A stretch of DNA of 62,886 bases, the filler included, from Asterionella formosa (taxonomy: Eukaryota): the NCBI GenBank assembly GCA_002256025.1. It is 9 parts of 9 records of this genome, joined end to end, with 100 filler letters (N's around TTAATTAATTAA, not from the genome) between each part and the next. Parts side by side here need not be neighbours in the genome. Positions count along the whole stretch, not along the records: positions 59,669 to 61,227 come from NKIB01001940.1; positions 61,328 to 62,886 come from NKIB01001941.1; 7 more parts are not named here. One strand, written 5' to 3'. This document shows, in pieces, positions 59,669 through 62,886 of the stretch. The translations under genes and the position numbers were made by a program. The notes beneath the pieces were generated by a model. That model saw only the letters and a program-made list of their open reading frames with translations, was not told where the DNA came from and did not search any database. The stretch's first letter is position 1; each line of letters starts with the position of its first letter.

Positions 59669-61227
59669 GAACATCCCGGCATCCAGCCGACACACAGTGC
59701 TACTGCAACACAGTCCCAAATCACTGCTGCCAACCGTCTCTTTGACACCTCCCTTGACGCATTCCGCCGTTACTCCCAAATCCGTGAAATTCTCCGACAA
59801 CAAATTCTAACAGCCATTGACCCAACCTACTACAACGTTCTGGAAGATGCTACATTTGGATATGCAGACATCACTGTTCTGACCTTACTTGCTCACTTAG
59901 AATCTACATATGCAACATTGAGTGCGGATGATTTGGAACTCAATCGCATGCGCTTGGCCGATGCTTGGACACCAGAGGAACCTATTGAGCATTTATGGAT
60001 CCGCATCAAACATCTTCGTGCCATTGCTGATGCTGGTGGAGAACCTTTCTCTGACAGTACTGTCATGCGATTGACTCTTTCTGCTTTAGAACAGGCTGGT
60101 GTATATTCGCATAGCATTCAAACTTGGCGTGATCGCGCTGAGCTGGACCGTACATGGGTTAATTTTTGCCCACATTTCATGCATGCTGATAAGGAACGAT
60201 TGCGCCTTGCCACCGCCACCACTGCCGGTTATCATGGTGCCCATGCTGCCATTCAAACCAGTGGCCCTCCTCCATTGCCAGCTATTGCTGCCGCTGCTCG
60301 TGCTGTCCCTTCTGGATACACTTACAACAATGTCCAATTAGGCTATTGTTGGACTCATGGTCTTACCAAAAACCCTGACCATACCAGTGCAACTTGCAAT
60401 CATCCAGCTTCTGGCCATCAACTCAATGCCACCCTTGATCGACGTCTGGGTGGCAGCGTCCGTCTGTTCAGTGATGGTCCCCGTAATACCCGGCCACCCC
60501 GTGTTTCACCGCCACCTTCACCACTTGCTTGATGTGGAGGGGAGCAAGTTGCTGCCGATAATACTATTAACACAAAGTTATCTCCCATCACTTGTCCCCC
60601 CGTCACACTCATTGCTGATTCTGGTAGTTCTGGCAATTACGCCACTGTTGATTTACCTGTCATCAACAAACGACCTACCACCAACCCTATCACCATTCAA
60701 CTTCCTAACGGCAACCATGTTAAATCTACACATGAGGCCGAATTATCTTTACCTATGCTCTTACCTGCTGCTCGTCATGTACACATTGTCCCTGGTCTAC
60801 ACAATTGCTCTTTATTGAGCATTGGACAACTATGTGATTCTGGCTACGAGGTACTCTTCACCAAACTACACATGTCTGTCTTATCCGATGGTCATTGCAT
60901 CCTTCAGGGCCATCGCTCCACCACCACTCGATTATGGCATGTCACCACCACCTCAATTGATCCACCATTGCCTACCCCTACCCACTACGCTGCTGCCGCC
61001 ATTGGCAGTCCCAATGCACCAGCACTTGTTGCTTTTGCCCATGCGGCCCTCTTTTCTCCTGTTCTCTCCACTTTGGAAAGCGCATTACTCCATGGGTATC
61101 TTGCCAATTTTCCAGGTCTGACCTTAGCTACACTACGCAAACATCCCCCTCATTCCATCGCAACCATCAAAGGCCACCTCGATCAAACACGTCAAAACGT
61201 ACGATCCACACGTGTGCCCCCAACTAT
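59669..61227 (+). mobile_element. Diatom Copia (CoDi-like) gag-pol fragment
   Basis: Gag ...HLESTYA...AWTPEEPIEHLW...YCWTHG...HTSATC...GH...GGS, then TGA at 60530-60532. In frame after it: protease IADSGSSGNY, VPGLHNCSLLSIGQLCDSG, AHAALFSP...KGHLDQTRQNVRST. Confidence 0.85.
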
Positions 61228-61327
61228 NNNNNNNNNNNNNNNNNNNNNNNNNNNNNNNNNNNNNNNNNNNNTTAATTAATTAANNNNNNNNNNNNNNNNN
61301 NNNNNNNNNNNNNNNNNNNNNNNNNNN

Positions 61328-62550
61328 GTCTTGACTACACTTATTCTCTATAATCATTCAATTGGTGATGACAGAGCCAAGGCCATTACAGAGGCTCTCA
61401 AGGTCAATACTGTCTTGACCTTGACTAGACTTGATCTCGATCATAATTCAATTGGTGTTGACGGAGCCAAGGCCATTGCAGATGCTCTCAAGGCCAATAC
61501 TGTCTTGACTACACTCAATCTTGGAGATAACTCAATTGGTAATGACAGAGCCAAGGCCATTGCAGAGGCTCTCAAGGTCAATACTGTCTTGACTAAACTT
61601 GGTCTCCGGTATAATTCAATTGATGATAGCTTACTTAAAAAAATTCAAAGAACAGTTGAGATAAGAAGCAAGAACTTTCTCAAACCGGAGAACATTGATG
61701 ATATTGTTTTTAATGTTTCAGGGGTCTAGCAGCAGCCCTGATCTGGGGGGAAACACCCCATATCAGGGTGGATGATATTGAACCCCCTGTTGAAAGCTTG
61801 TCCTGAAGCTGCAAAGGTGCAAGATCGCCATGGAAACACTCTGTTGCACCTTGGAATCGAAGGAGGGGCCAGTGTGGTGGTTATCAAGGTCCTTTTGGAT
61901 GCCTGTCCTGATGTCATGATGATGAAAGACAACAAGGGCTACACTCCACTGCACCTTGGCATGAAAGTCCGGGCTCCAGTGGAAATTATAAATGCCCTTT
62001 TGGAAGCCTGTCCTGAAGCCGTGACTATAGAAGCCAACGATGGTGAGACTCCTCTTGACTGTGGTCTAGGAGGGGAATAGCCAGTATCACTTGTATCCAT
62101 CCAAACTTTTGTGGACAAATGTCCTTATGCCATTAAGTCCATGAAAATGCCCTTTATTCCACTTCATTTGGCAATTTTTCGAGGTGAAAAAGCTCCAGAG
62201 ATCAAGCAAATCATAAAGGACAACCCGAATTCAGTTGCAAACTATGGCACTCCAAACCTCAGTCACCTCTTCTCCTCGCGATGCAAGAAGGAGATTATCC
62301 TGATTTTGAGGTCGTCTGTATTTTGATTAAGAAAAACCCAAATGCGACTAACACTCATGATAAAGAAACGAGCTATAATCCATTTGAATATTGTGTTTCC
62401 AGGCTCCTTCAATCGATAAAGAAATATGCAACCCTTGATGTTGGTGATGACCAGCGGTCTTCCAAACAGTACGAGTTACAAAAGAAACTGTCAAATCCTA
62501 TTGAAATTTGGTATAAGGTTTTGCGGCTATTGAGCAATTGTGCATGCTAA
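61328..62550 (+). pseudogene. RNI-like (NLRC3-type) LRR + ankyrin-repeat gene, disrupted and 5'-truncated
   Basis: 28-aa LRRs (NSIGxDxAKAIAEALKVNTVLTxLxL) are followed in the same frame by LLxACPEA...D..G.TPLH ankyrin repeats; stops at 61727, 61739 and 62078, then a frameshift. Confidence 0.75.
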
Positions 62551-62886
62551 ACGCACCCCAAGCTGAGAAAGTTCCAGATGTTGAAATTGCGTCCCGAAGC
62601 ACTATATGCTTTCTTGTATCCTGTAAGGACACGTCAGGGACCAAATAGGCTGTAGATATAACAACGATGTCTCCGTGATCGATTGTAATCGTTCCTAAGA
62701 GTTTTAATAGAATTATGGGTTTTTTACTGTTGGCGTAGATTGTTTTCGAATTCTCTGGGACCATATTCTTTCTTGATTCATTCGATTCAATATGTAGTAG
62801 GTAATTTATACCGGGATTTTCTTTCCTAAAATATTTTCTCCAACACACTCCTGCTGGACACGGATGCTCACTTTGAATTCATAATT

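Overview
Eukaryotic nuclear DNA, almost certainly a diatom: it carries a fucoxanthin-chlorophyll a/c protein and a nuclear petJ, both with ASAFAP-type bipartite presequences, plus short GT-AG introns. The window is not one locus. It is 9 pieces (25603, 1560, 1559, 25569, then five of 1559 bp) joined by artificial 100-bp linkers (44 N + TTAATTAATTAA + 44 N). Compact gene islands encode a VHL-beta/zinc-metallopeptidase fusion, VPS36, NOT2, FCP/LHC, an IscA-like protein, class II PRPP synthetase, Sec61-gamma, a trypsin-like protease, a histidine phosphatase, a tweety-like membrane protein, a delta-12 desaturase and cytochrome c6. These alternate with decayed transposon blocks: two pogo-like DDE elements, Kolobok-like TTAA elements, a CWG-targeting PIF/Harbinger-like family, Gypsy and Copia remnants, and a Ngaro-type tyrosine-recombinase retroelement with split direct repeats. 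The most notable observations are (1) recurrent TACC(W)GGTA clusters at gene/TE borders that resemble iterated excision footprints, (2) a copy of the petJ signal-peptide exon inside a Kolobok-like element, (3) the VHL-peptidase fusion, and (4) a Copia gag-pol junction with a single in-frame TGA. All family assignments come from recognising motifs by eye; no searches were run.
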